Positions 10,519-22,880 of a DNA stretch of 64,000 bases are shown here, in pieces. Below the pieces are notes generated by a model. That model did no database searches, had not been told where the DNA came from, and saw only the letters and a list, made by a program, of their open reading frames with translations. Both the position numbers and the translations under genes were made by a program. Each line of letters starts with the position of its first letter. The stretch's first letter is position 1. Origin of the DNA: the human T2T-CHM13v2.0 reference genome, Homo sapiens; the NCBI GenBank assembly GCA_009914755.4, contig CP068257.2, forward strand, positions 16,352,001 through 16,416,000, written 5' to 3'.

Positions 10519-12490
10519 CCCAAGAGCCCTGGAGGCGTTCAACTTCACTAGCTTTATCTAGTTTCTCGTGCATTTCTCTTTTCTCCCTTAATGTTGTCAG
10601 GAGAATTGCTGCTCAGTACATGTCAAACTTTCCCCAAGTGATGGATCATATATAGTGACACACCTCTTAGTAAAAAACCTTTTCACTTAAATTAAGCATT
10701 TTTGATATCTTCCACACTGGCAGATTATAAGACTTCAGAAAAATAATAATATATTACATTATTTTATTAATTATAAAAATTAATATATTAATCTAAAATA
10801 TAATATTAAAAATGAAAACCAATACTGACTGATTGCTTTCTAAGTGATAGGCAGACTGTTAAGCACTTCACATGTATTGTTTCACTGAATAATGCGTGTT
10901 CATTTAACAGTATATTGAAGGGATGTTAATTATTCTATAAATAACTCAAAATGCAGATGCACAATTTCTTTAATTCTGCCTTGTGGAAGTGCACACACAT
11001 TAGTGGCTAAGAGAAACATTTTATTTGTGTCCTTTTTTTTCCTGTTTCTTTCTGTCTGTCTCTCTCTCTTTTTTAAAGAATTGAAGTTAGTTTTATTCAA
11101 AAGTCCTACTGAGGACTGAGACCTAGAACCCAAGAGCAGTTCTGTCAGATCGTTCCAGCACAGGGCTTCAGCTCACTGCTTAGCGACCTGTGTTAGGGGT
11201 TCAGTATGTACAAAATCACATCACACTTGCTCAGAAGTTATATTAAAGCAGAATCACATCTAGGTTTGGGCATAAGAATAATTCTCATTATATATTACAG
11301 AGGTATAATCACTAACCCCATCAGACATTATTTTATGTGTAGGAAAAGGCAAAAACAAGGGTCATTCGTCTTTCAAGGAATATAGTGACTCAGGCAAAAG
11401 ACATGGAAGGTCATGTGCTCAGGCCTATTTTGTCTTCAAAGTGTTTGCCTTTTTCTTAGAAACAATAATTAATAAAGTAAAAATTTTTAGTAGCTAAACC
11501 TAAGCAAAACATTACTGGCCTTAAAAGAGTCAAATGGGTAAAAATTTTGTTTTCATTAGTTTGAGGAGACCTGTAATTATATATGTTCTTAATTACTTAT
11601 TGTATTTATTGGATAATGTAATAGACAACACTCTGTTGCGATCAAGAATAATATGTAAATTGGTTTTTAGCACAAAGAAGGTTTTAGCCTCTATAAGTGG
11701 TGTCAAAGGTCTAAATCAATATGTATTAGCATACTGTACTTATACTACATTAAATCTTTCTCAAGGATTAATAAAGAAAGCACGTACACATCAGTTACAA
11801 CAGAAATACTCTTGGGAAAATAAAGTGATGTGAATATTTTGCTTGTTGACATACCTGAAATACGTACCCGTGGCTTTTAGGAAATCGAGCATACAATCAT
11901 CTGAATTAAATGGGAAGAGGTCAAATGAGGACAATTCAATTTTTACAGCTTATCTTTTTGTTTGTTTGCTTCAGCTCACTCACTCACACACACAGATGCA
12001 GCTATGTCCCTGCCCCATGGCTTATATTTTTTTCTCACAAAGCTCATGCAAACTCTTACATACCCATACACTACTTTATAGATATGAGGTCTCACACTTA
12101 TTACTTGACTTTGATGTCTTATGTATTTTAAATATGTAAAACAGAAATGATATCTTCCTTGCAACATTGTTGCAAAGATTAAATGAGGTAAAAAATTGCA
12201 AAAAAAAAAAAACAACAACAGTTAAAGGTCTTAAACATAGTAGCTATTGTTATTTTTATGTGTGTGATGATATCCTGTTACCACTATTGCCAATGATGTG
12301 ATAAAACTAGCAACAGCCAGTGTGGTATGCTTATTAGTTGCCAAATACTATGCTGAATGTAGCTTTATATACCTCAGCCCATTTAATTTGAGTAGACGAT
12401 ATTATCCCCATTTTACAGATAGAGAATATGGACTTAAATACAGGTGTGTACGCCATTTGTTAAAAAAAGATTCACTTCTGAGAGCTCATA

Positions 12491-12755
12491 ACAGAGTAGT
12501 TAAGAGCCTGAACGCTGTGGCCAGATCCTCTGGGTTCTAACCCTGGGCTCTGCCACTTCCTTGCACCATGACTTGGGCCAGCTGCCAATTTACTCTGTTG
12601 TCTCAATTTCTTTATTTGTGAAGTAGGAATAATATTCTTACCTATAATTCATAAGGCTGTTACAACTATTAAAGGAGGAATGTTTATGAGGCACTCTAGA
12701 ATTGTGTCTGGCACATAGTAAGTGCTATAAAAGTGTTTGCTTAATAAAATAAAGA
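12491..12755 (+). mobile_element. MIR SINE (mammalian-wide interspersed repeat)
   Basis: acagagtagttaagagcctgaacgctgtggccagatcctctgggttctaaccctgggctctgccacttccttgc...ttgggccagct...tctcaatttctttatttgtgaagtaggaataatattcttacc...ggcactctagaattgtgtctggcacatagtaagtgctataaaagtgtttgcttaataaaataaa tracks the MIR consensus along its length. Confidence 0.75.
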
Positions 12756-13141
12756 GACTTTAAATTACATTTGACTGGTAGGACAATTTCAAAAGCAATT
12801 TTTAATCATCTTGTTTAGGAAATTTTTTTCTTCTTTTTAAAATCAACTCCCAAGCACTTGGAAGGAATTTCTGTGAGTTTGTTATAACCCACAGATCTAA
12901 AAAGGTTTGTGTTAAAGTTATTTGGAAGCAATATTAGGTTCAGAAGAGGGCAAATGACGTGACATTCTCAGATCATAAACATCTTTTGTGTAAGTCATGT
13001 CCACATAATTTACTTGCAAGTTATGTTCCATCCCACTGAGGTTCCTCCAAGAGCTTGACTATCACTGGTTCCAGTTTGAGGAGCTAGGCCCCTTTTGTAG
13101 TTAACCAGAATCCATATCCACCTAGAAAACATGTAGCTCCC

Positions 13142-13745
13142 GAACAATGAGCACACATGGACACATGGGGGGAAACAGCACACACTGGGGCCTGTGGGAT
13201 GGAGGAAGGGAGAGCATCAGGCAGAATAGCTAATGGATGCTGGGTGATATGGTTTGGCTATGTCCCCACCCAAATCTCATCTTGAATTGTAACTCCCACA
13301 ATTTCCACGTTTCATGGGGGGAACCCACGGGGAAGTGACTGAATTATGGGGGCGGGTCTTTCCTGTGCTGTTCTCAAGATAGTGAATGAGTCTCACAGGA
13401 TCTGATGGTTTGATAAGGGGAAACCCATTTTGCTTGGCCGTCATTCTCTCTGCCTGCCGCCATCCACGCAAGATGTGACTTGCTCCTCCTTGCCTTCCAC
13501 CGTGATTGCTGAGGCTTCCCCAGCCACGTTGAACTGTGAGTTCTCCATTACACCTCTTTCCTTTGTAAATTGCCCAGCCTAGTGTATGTCTTTATCAGCA
13601 GCATGAAAATGGACTGATACACTGGGCTTAATACCAAGATGATGGGTTGATAGGTGCAGCAAACCACCATTGCACACGTACCTATGTAAGAAACCTGCAC
13701 ATGCCTGGAACTTAAAATAAAAGAAAAAAAAAAAAGAAAAAAAAA
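13142..13745 (+). mobile_element. 5'-truncated L1 3'-end fragment (sense) with poly-A, flanked by ~14-bp TSD (aaaacatgtagctcc / aaaaatgtagctcc); interrupted internally by the solo LTR at 13245-13621
   Basis: gaacaatgagcacacatggacacatggggggaaacagcacacactggggcctgtgggatggaggaagggagagcatcaggcagaatagctaatggatgctggg || tgggcttaataccaagatgatgggttgataggtgcagcaaaccaccattgcacacgtacctatgtaagaaacctgcacatgcctggaacttaaaataaaagaaaaaaaaaa = L1 3'UTR terminus; TSD at 13127-13140 and 13741-13754. Confidence 0.8.
13245..13621 (+). mobile_element. Solo THE1/MST-type MaLR LTR (sense) inserted into the L1 3'UTR; 5-bp TSD CTGGG
   Basis: tgatatggtttggctatgtccccacccaaatctcatcttgaattgtaactcccacaatttccacgt...gggggcgggtctttcctgtgctgttctcaagatagtgaatgagtctcacaggatctgatggtttgataagggg...ctgcctgccgccatccacgcaagatgtgacttgctcc...attgcccagcctagtgtatgtctttatcagcagcatgaaaatggactgataca = THE1 LTR consensus end to end; ctggg is present at 13240-13244 and 13622-13626. 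Confidence 0.85.
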
Positions 13746-15512
13746 TGTAGCTCCTTTCCTGATCCTATCTTCCACCCCAGATGGAAACTAACAAAGATCT
13801 TCTCACCTATCTACATTACTGCCACTTCTGTTGCTTGTGTGTGATACCTTTCCTCCCTCACAGGAGCATTGAGGGACAAATAAACCAAAAGAAGAAAACA
13901 CAATTATCTTTACACTGATATTTAGATTCCTTACAGGGACTTAGTGTTTATAAGTGATGTAAGTATTATTCTAATGCAAAACATTCTTTTCATTCTGATC
14001 TTGGAGTCAGAGCAAGTGGTATTTTGGTTTAAAGTGATGAGATTACCCCTAGACCATCTCACTAAGGGTTATCTTTCTATTGAGAAATATCTTTTGAAGA
14101 GATTTCATGCACATCCTTTGTAACTCTTCCCAGTACTTAAAACTTCACTACCAGGAAACTAGTGGCAGAATTATAATGTTGCCTCCGGTCCACTCTGCCA
14201 CCCTTTTGCAATTTGGCAGCTTCTTGAAGCACTTAAGCAGCTTGGTGCCTTCAGTCTGACACTTCAGATGTGGCCATCAGCTAATGATTCTTGGCTTGAT
14301 GTTGCAGATGCAACTGTGAGCCTATAAATGAGTAACAAAGGACTTTTCTTTTTTCTAATTTGGGGTTCAGTTGCATCATTAAACGTAAGTATATTGTGTT
14401 GATGAAATGAGATTGAAAAATCAAAACATTCAGATTTCTATAGCAAATGTGTACTTAGGAGAGGTTCAAAGAATACGTGTGGAATTGAATTTTAAAAAAA
14501 ACTACTTCAAGAAAAAAAGAAAAAAACTAACTTATTATGCAGTTGTCTGAAGGGCCAAATGAAGGCAACCTGGTCAGGCACTGCAAAACCCAGAAGTGTC
14601 CTAAATGTAGAGGTGGGCACAGGATTTGTTGTACTCTTTTCAATAACTATTTTCTAAGAGCTGACAATGCAAATATGTGCATCTGTTATGAAAAATTGGC
14701 ACATTTCCCAGTGAACTGTTTTCTGTGTTTATCCAATATGTATTTACTATACATTACTTATGAGCAGACAGAGGAATAAGTACTTGGGATATAAAACTCT
14801 CGTCAAACTGATAGTCTGGTATTTGCACTGTTTTTTTCTAAACACTTTGGGTTCAAATCTGCATCTATTACATCTTGAGGTTTTGATTAGGTGCATGCAT
14901 TATGAGTAATGTTTTATAAATATAGTTGTGAAGAAATACAGGCATTTAATGATTGGACACACAGTCTAAGTTACATAAGGCATTCTGTAATCTCCTCAAA
15001 GAACCCCAGGAACTCCCTAAATCGAACTGCTATTTGTTTTCTTCAGACTAAAATACAGCAAATAAATGAACTATGTAACAGAGGTTATATTGAAAAAGAA
15101 ACTTCCTGGAAGGTTTTTCACTATATGGAAAATATGTTATAGTAGCAAACATAGGACTGAACTAGAATTTTTAAGTCTGCAAAGTTTTTATATTTTTCAT
15201 ATAGAAATTGTCAGTAAACATACTTTGGGTCAATTATTGATTCAGGTAGAATCTTAATATGGAGTTTGGAACAGTTGAAAACTGAGTGAGAAAACAGAGG
15301 GATATTTTCTTGAATTTTCAAGGTCAAAATCCATGCATAAATCTATGATTATACTATGTAGCTTTGAATAAGTGCATTTGTTTTGAACAAAACAAAACAA
15401 TCATGGGAGTTATTGTTTTAGTGAAAGATGCTTTGCTAGAAGTAAAATGTGTTAAGTTGAAAAACATTTACTTTTTTTTTACTGTGGTGAATTTATTTAA
15501 ATATTTTTCTTC

Positions 15513-16072
15513 TTTTTTTTAAAAAAAAGCTTTATTGAAGTATATACTTGATATACAGAAAAGTGCACACGTTGAGTGTATATACATCTTGATGTATTTG
15601 TATGTATGCGTATACCCATGATACCGTCATCACAACCAAGACACTAAACGTTTTTATAATCTCCAAAAATTTCTTTGTTTGTGTGTGTGTGTGTGTGTGT
15701 TGTAACAATAGTTAACATTAAATCTACCCTCTTAACATATCATAAAGTGCACAATATTGTTAATTGTGGGTACTATACAGTAGATCTCTAGAACTCGTTC
15801 ATTTTGCATAAAGAAATTCTATAGCTGAAGAACAACTCTCCATTTCCCCCTCCCCTCACAACTCTCCATTTCCCCTTCCCCTCAGCTTCTGGCAACCACC
15901 ATTTTATTCTCTGCTTCTATGAGTTTCACTGTTTTAGAGATCTCATGTAAGTGGAATCCTGCAGTATTTGTCCTTTGTGGCTGACTTATTTTACTTAGCA
16001 TAATATCCTCTAGGTTTATCCATATCTTTGCAAATGGCAGAATTTCCTTCTTTTTCAAGGCTGAATAATAAG
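15513..16072 (-). mobile_element. Old L1 (L1M-type) 3' end, antisense, with antisense poly-A at its left edge
   Basis: ttttttttaaaaaaaagctttattgaagtatatacttgatatacagaaaagtgcacacgttgagtgtatatacatcttgatg...catcacaaccaagacac = antisense of the L1M 3' terminus (…caataaagctgg…); then aactctccatttccccttcccctcagcttctggcaaccaccattttattctctgcttctatgagtttcactgttttagagatctcatgtaagtggaatc.tgcagtatttgtcctttgtggctgacttattttacttagcataatatcctctaggtttatccatatctttgcaaatggcagaatttccttctttttcaaggctgaataat = canonical L1M antisense 3' region. Confidence 0.8.
15678..15701. repeat. (GT)n microsatellite inside the L1M fragment
   Basis: gtttgtgtgtgtgtgtgtgtgtgtgttgt. Confidence 0.9.
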
Positions 16073-17010
16073 GAAACATTTACTATTTAAGTATTGTAAT
16101 TTCCCTTGTGTAAATTGTTCCAATTTTTGTAATGATAGGGACAGACAAATCATATTTAATTTTATGTTACTCCGTTGGCATATTGGTTCCAGATAAATGG
16201 CTCAGAATTAGCCTCGTCTAGTTGTTCTTTGAAAAACTTCATTCAAATAGATAAAATGTCCCAGAAATACACTCTGATTACTGATGTTTTAAAGTGGGTT
16301 TGTTTATTTCAAAAACAATATTGAGTTTCAGACATATTTATTTTAAGACAATACTGGGTTTCAGATATATTCACCACAAAGAATTCTGTGACAAGTAAAA
16401 GAGAAAAATATTGGCAAACTATATGGTACATTGATTTTCTAATTTTTAGTATATTGAAGCATTGCATTCTCATCATTGTTCCGTCATAGACAATTGAGTC
16501 CAAACTGTACTTATGATTTTTTTCATGAATACAATTCCGTTCAGTTGAATAGCTTAGATTCAGTAGTCATTTTTATTCATTCATATACTTTAGCCTATAT
16601 AGCTAAAAATGTAGAAGTTGTATTATATGTGTGGTGATTGTTACTCTAATCACCTTAATTTTGAATTAGTACTCAACACATATTTTTTCATTTTTAAAGG
16701 AAACGAAAAATAAAACAAAGAAATACACTTTCTTTTCTGAAAGTACAAACCCAGGAGTTGAAGAATGGTTAATATATGCCTAGTGAGCACAGTTAATTGG
16801 GCTATAAAATAGAAGTTACACAAAGCACATTTTATTTAGATAATGTTATATATAATTTAATTATATAGTAAAGCATAAAATGAGGATAATGTTAAAAAGA
16901 ATCTATAATTTAAGACTCCACATTTTCTCTTAATGCTATACAACCTAATTGAAATTAACAATACATTGAAATTGTTGGCTGACTTGCTTTTCAAAAGAAT
17001 AACATTTGGT

Positions 17011-17282
<272 letters not shown>

Positions 17283-17434
17283 TCAGGAAGGCTGGAGATA
17301 TGGACACAGGGCAAATAAAGCCAAACAGACACAGAGATATGATTTACACTGTTTTGAAATCACTGCCATGTTCAAATTTTCATATGGCCAACTTCTGCTC
17401 ATAATTAGAATTATTAAAAAGAAAACTGGTTCAA

Positions 17435-17703
<269 letters not shown>

Positions 17704-19304
17704 AAGAAAACTGGTTCAACTCAGGAAAGTCTCCTGGTGGGTCAAATGTTAGCAAATGACTGGAGAAGTTTCACCTGGCTGTGAAGATCTGTAGCCAGAA
17801 CTCTTGACAAATTATCACAGCAACTTACTTGCGGCTTTATCTGTGTCCCATGTTTAAACACTTCATAATAGTCTCATTGATCTTTTCACAAAATCCCAGC
17901 CTTCTACATCCTCTTTTACAAATTTGTTTTATTTAATCAGGGACCCACTTTTCCACAAGTGTGGTTTGCTTGTGCTGTTCTTTGTCTTCCTCATGTAAGG
18001 TTTTATAAAATAATGCAACTTATTCATGGGTTATAACTAGAAAAAAAATGTGGCATTCAAATCCCAGCTTTTGTGAGAGACAAAAACAAACCACTTAAAA
18101 ACAAACTTGAGTTTTTAGGAAAGTCTGAAATTTCTGCAATTTTCCAATGATTCCATTTAAGCTTTTTAGCATTGCATTATGAAAGATCCATCAAGTTTTG
18201 ACACAGCTTTGTTTGTTTAAGCAAGGTAAAATGTAAAACATAACAATTTTGTTAAGCTTTCAGGAAGGAAGTTTCTCCCTTGACAGTATAAGAAAAGTAT
18301 TAACAAGGACCACTTTCTAATACTCTTAGAAGACATTCTTACTTCTGAATATTTACTCAAATGTTTCAACAATGGGGTTTTTTGAAGTTGGTTGAATTTT
18401 TTGTGTGGCAAATATTTAAATGGTCCCGATTCCCTATGTATGCTGTATGTAATACTACCATTTTCCTATTTACTCTGTACTGGGGCAAGTGTATGGTAGT
18501 AAGGATATGTAGATGGGTAGAAACACACTATTATATGTCTTTGTCCAAATATTTAATGTTTGTATTAAATATTAATAAAGTGTTAAATATCAGAGTTTTT
18601 GGCTAATAACTTAGCTGAGAAAAAAGTCGAACATTACTTTCAGTTGCCCCCATTTTTTTAAAGGAATAAGTACACATAAATAGTTTGTTGTAATCAGTGC
18701 TATGGTCTGAGTAGACAGCAAGGCAAGAAAAGATCAGTGCATGGGAGATAAATGAGTATTTTAAAGCAAAATCTGAAGCTTGGGTTTTGAAGATGCAGTG
18801 ATAAAAAGGGATATTTTCTTCCTTTGTTTTTTAGGGGAAAGAATATAAAGTATAACTTGGCATAAATATTATTTTCTCTTATTGAAAATGTCATCCTCTC
18901 TATAACAAAAAGAGAGGAAATGTTTGTCTCAAATAGTTGTAAGTTCACTACAGCTCTTGCTGAAGGGCAATATTTTTATTTTTAAGGGCCCCACTGTTTT
19001 CATTCTCTCAAGCTGAAGTTTAGTCCTTAGCACTACAGTTTTGCTATGAATAAATCATCTACTTTCTTAGTGTGTGTCAGAAAGTTTTAAAGCTCAGGTA
19101 ATAATAAAAGGTTATTTTTCTTCTTTCTTTTGAACTGTTGATAGTGGCCAAAGACAATGACACTTTGGTGAAGCAGATTTGCCAAGAGAGACTTTGCAGA
19201 CTCCACAGATGTTGTGTACTGCAGAGTATTCTGTTCTGCAAAATCATTCTACAGGGCTTCTTAGGGATTTCCTGTTTCTTTTTCAGAGAAGACTACAAAT
19301 CAAC

Positions 19305-19365
19305 TTAGTTCATTCAACAAATACTGAGTGCCTACTATGTGCAGGACATTGTTCTATGTGCATCT
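19305..19365 (+). mobile_element. MIR/L2-type 3'-tail fragment
   Basis: gttcattcaacaaatactgagtgcctactatgtgcaggacattgttctatgtgc ~ ttcattcaacaaatatttattgagcacctactatgtgccaggcactgt. Confidence 0.4.
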
Positions 19366-20952
19366 TTAATATTCTGTTTTTAAGTGAAAGTGATGTCTTT
19401 TAATCTGACAAGCCCATTTAACTATTTGAAGTTTATGCATGTTGCATCCCCTCTGTTTTGACATGTGAAGACTTAAAGGACACTGACATGAATGAGGATT
19501 GGTGGATGGGCATTTGAAGGCTGATGGTGTGAGTGTTTGGGCATTCAGCCAGTGGCATTATGATCTTCCCAGACAACAAAACTAAATGACATGGTGATTT
19601 CTGCTCCCTTGCTCTCATTTGTCATCACAATCATTCTTCCTTTAATACATAATTGTCCTCTGTCTTTACTTTTAAGTTCTACTGACAATCTCTATGTCAG
19701 GCCTTTCTTTTGTCCTTAGATTATTGCAAGAGCCTCTGACTTTGTCTGAATGGTAATCTAGATTAATATTTCCAATGCATTCCTATGAGTCTGCCCGTTG
19801 CCAGCTGAAAAATGGTAAAGAATAATCTTAAAGCACTCCAAATTGCTACTATTAATGTATATAGAAGTATAAAATAACTGGAATCTTCCAGCAGATAGTT
19901 GGACATGTGAGTAAATGGAGGCCCAAGAAGCTTAAGTGATTAAGTTCGGGTTTATTAATTATTAGGAAGAAATATTGGAACGAAAACAGAGTTCTATTAA
20001 GTTTCAGGTCTGTGTACTCTCTCTTCTTACAAAATATCTTGCATTAAATTTAGTGTTTTCTTCCACCATGTAAGACCTCCCAAGATCAGGGATTATGAAG
20101 AAGAAGGATTATGTTTCCCAGAAGAAACAGAAGAGAATTCGTGAACATGGTCACCATGCTGAAATATATGGTGAAAATACAAATGTAAAAGAAAATAGTT
20201 CAATTATGCTGGTGTATCTGTTGTTTAATCTTAATTACATATAAAATATGGCTGGAGTGGTATTGCTGTCGTTCAGTAAATGGATAAATAAATGCGTAAA
20301 AAAATAGTATGTAGAACATGATATTTAGCATAAAATTTTAGTGTAAAATCTTGTTGGAAGTTCTGGTAATTATCTCAAGGATTAGAAACTATCTGGATCA
20401 TAAACATACCAGTAACTACGTGGGAATCTGATTGGCTTTTAAAATTTTTGTTTTAAAATTTTATTATTTGTTTAATTTTTCCAATTACTTGCCCAGATAG
20501 GTAACTTGATTAATAATGCACTCTCTATTGACTCATTTTCATTTTGTATCTCATGTTCTCACTCTCTTACCAGTGTTTATTGGGGTCACCTCTCAAATAA
20601 ACTTTTCACTCAAATCTGTGTTTCAGTTTCTTCTCTGGGAGAACCCAAAATAAGACAATTTTTTTTTTCTAGGATACAACTTTATCTCTAGTTGTCTGCC
20701 CTGGTCATTCAAAAGGAGGTCTAATGCTCATCTCTAGGAATTTCCCAATTGTACAGTGCTGCCATTTTGGTCATATATCCCTGTAACTGCTTCAACTTCT
20801 CTCTGTCTCAGGACTTGGTCCTTCCATCTTAGGTTCTTGCCAAAATTAGGGGTAATCTCTGCCTACTTTGATGAAATTTTTAAGACAATAAGTTTTAGAG
20901 GCTGAAGGAGTATTATTTTGTTTTCTTTATTGTGTACCCAAGACAATGATAA

Positions 20953-21352
<400 letters not shown>

Positions 21353-21574
21353 TAGCACTGGATCTTCATTTAGTTGGCTTTTGGGGATGGATATGAAGGG
21401 ATTTGTAGAAAACACACATCCAGGCTTTGTGGGCACAAGCTGATAGGTTACTACTTCAAGCTGGTAGGTTACTCCCTTCAAAGAAGGGAGGTATCAGTGT
21501 TGAGGGTGACAGAGTCATGTGGAAGAGAGCAAAGGAAACCACATGTAGGGAATGCTAATGGTTGGTTCAACAGG

Positions 21575-21866
21575 AGATTGTATATCAAAGACATGGAATT
21601 AACTTAGGTGCCCATCAATGGTGGAATGGATAAAGAAAATGTGGTACATATATACCATGGAATACTACACAGCCATTAAAAAGGATGAAATCATGTCCTT
21701 CACAGCAACATGGATGAAGCTGGAGGCCACAGTCCTAAGTGAATTAATGCAGGAACAGAAAATGAAATACCACACATTCTCACTTATAAGTGGTAGCTAA
21801 ATATTGAGCACACATGCACATAAACTGGAAACAATAGATACTATGGACTACTACACAGAAGGGAGA
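21575..21866 (+). mobile_element. L1 ORF2 C-terminal fragment (sense); source of ORF 21618-21800
   Basis: ggtgcccatcaatggtggaatggataaagaaaatgtggtacatatataccatggaatactacacagccattaaaaaggatgaaatcatgtccttcacagcaacatggatgaagctggaggccacagtcctaagtgaattaatgcaggaacagaaaatgaaataccacacattctcacttataagtgg = L1 ORF2 3' coding end; the predicted peptide ...IKKDEIMSFTATWMKLEA..LSEL.QEQK.KYHTFSLISGS matches the ORF2p C-terminus. Confidence 0.8.
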
Positions 21867-22275
21867 TGATATAGTTTGGATATTTGTCCCTACCCAAATC
21901 TCATGTTGAATTGTAATCCCCAGTGCTGGAAGTGGGGCCTGGTGGAGGTCTTTGGGTCATCAGGGTGGATCCTTCATGGCTTGGTGCTGTCCTTGCAATA
22001 GTGAGTAAGCTCTCACAAGATCTGGTCATTTTGAAGCAGTGGCACCTTCACCTCTACTCTCTCTCGTTCCTGCTCTTGCCATATGATGTGCTTACTCCTG
22101 CTTTGTCTTCTGCCATGAATAAAAGCTTCCTGAGGTCTCTTCAGAAGGCGAGCAGAGGCTAATTTCATGCCTCCTGTAAGTCCTGTAGAACTATGTGCCA
22201 ATTAAACCACTTTTCTTTATAAATTGCCAAGGCTGAGGTATTTCTTTATAACAGTGCAAAAATGGCCTAATACAG
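21867..22275 (+). mobile_element. MST-type MaLR LTR, 5' LTR of outer element A (partner 25683-26090)
   Basis: tgatatagtttggatatttgtccctacccaaatctcatgttgaattgtaatccccagtgctggaagtggggcctggtggaggt...catggcttggtgctgtcc...cttgccatatgatgtgcttactcc...ctgtgccaattaaaccacttttctttataaattgccaaggctgaggtatttctttataacagtgcaaaaatggcctaatacag. Confidence 0.85.
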
Positions 22276-22496
22276 AAAATTGGTACACAGAGTGGGATGT
22301 TGCTATAAAGATACCTGAAAATATGGAAACAACTTTGGAACTGGGTAATGGGCAGATGTTGGAAGAGTTCGGAAGGCTTAGAAGACAGGCATATGAGGAG
22401 AAGTTTGAAACTTCTTAGAGACTGGTTAAATCGTTGTATACAAAATGCTGATAGTGACATGGACAATGAAGTCCAGTCTGATGAGATCTCAGATGG
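22276..22496 (+). mobile_element. MaLR internal region, 5' part of element A
   Basis: aaaattggtacacagagtgggatgttgctataaagatacctgaaaatatggaaacaactttggaactgggtaatgggcagatgttgg... = canonical start of MaLR internal sequence; same as 22881 onward. Confidence 0.7.
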
Positions 22497-22880
22497 TGAT
22501 ATGGTTTGGCTCTGTGTCCCCACCCAAATCTCCCATTGATTTATGATCTTTAGTGTTGGAGGAGGGGTCTGATGGGAGGTGATTGGATCATGGGGGTGGA
22601 TTTCCCCCTTGCTGTTCCCATGATAGTGAGTGAGTTCTCAGGAGATCTGGTTGTTTAAAAGTGTGTAGCACTTCCCCCTTTGCCTTCTCTCTCTCCTGTC
22701 ACTGTGTGAAGATGTGCTTGCTTCCTCTTTGCCTTCCACCATGATCGTAGGTTTTCTGAGGCCTCCCCAGCCATGCTTCCTATATAGCTTGTGGGACTGT
22801 GAGTCAATTAGACCTCTTGTCTTCATAAATTAGCCAGTCTCAGGTAGTTCTTTATAGCAGTGCAAGAATGGACTAATACC
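22497..22880 (+). mobile_element. MST-type MaLR LTR, 5' LTR of inserted element B
   Basis: tgatatggtttggctctgtgtccccacccaaatctcccattgatttatgatctttagtgttggaggaggggtctgatgggaggtgattggatcatggggg...tgtgaagatgtgcttgcttcc...ctgtgagtcaattagacctcttgtcttcataaattagccagtctcaggtagttctttatagcagtgcaagaatggactaatac. Confidence 0.85.

Noticed and set aside
20040-20170. Short exon-like stretch (…FHHVRPPKIRDYEEEGLCFPEETEENS*) as a coding exon
   Set aside because: Only 27 codons between stops, no flanking splice-site consensus that I could convince myself of, and the DNA resembles the internal part of MaLR/MLT-type LTRs (…ccaccatgtaagac… ~ …ctgccatgtgaggacacagc…). Insufficient evidence.
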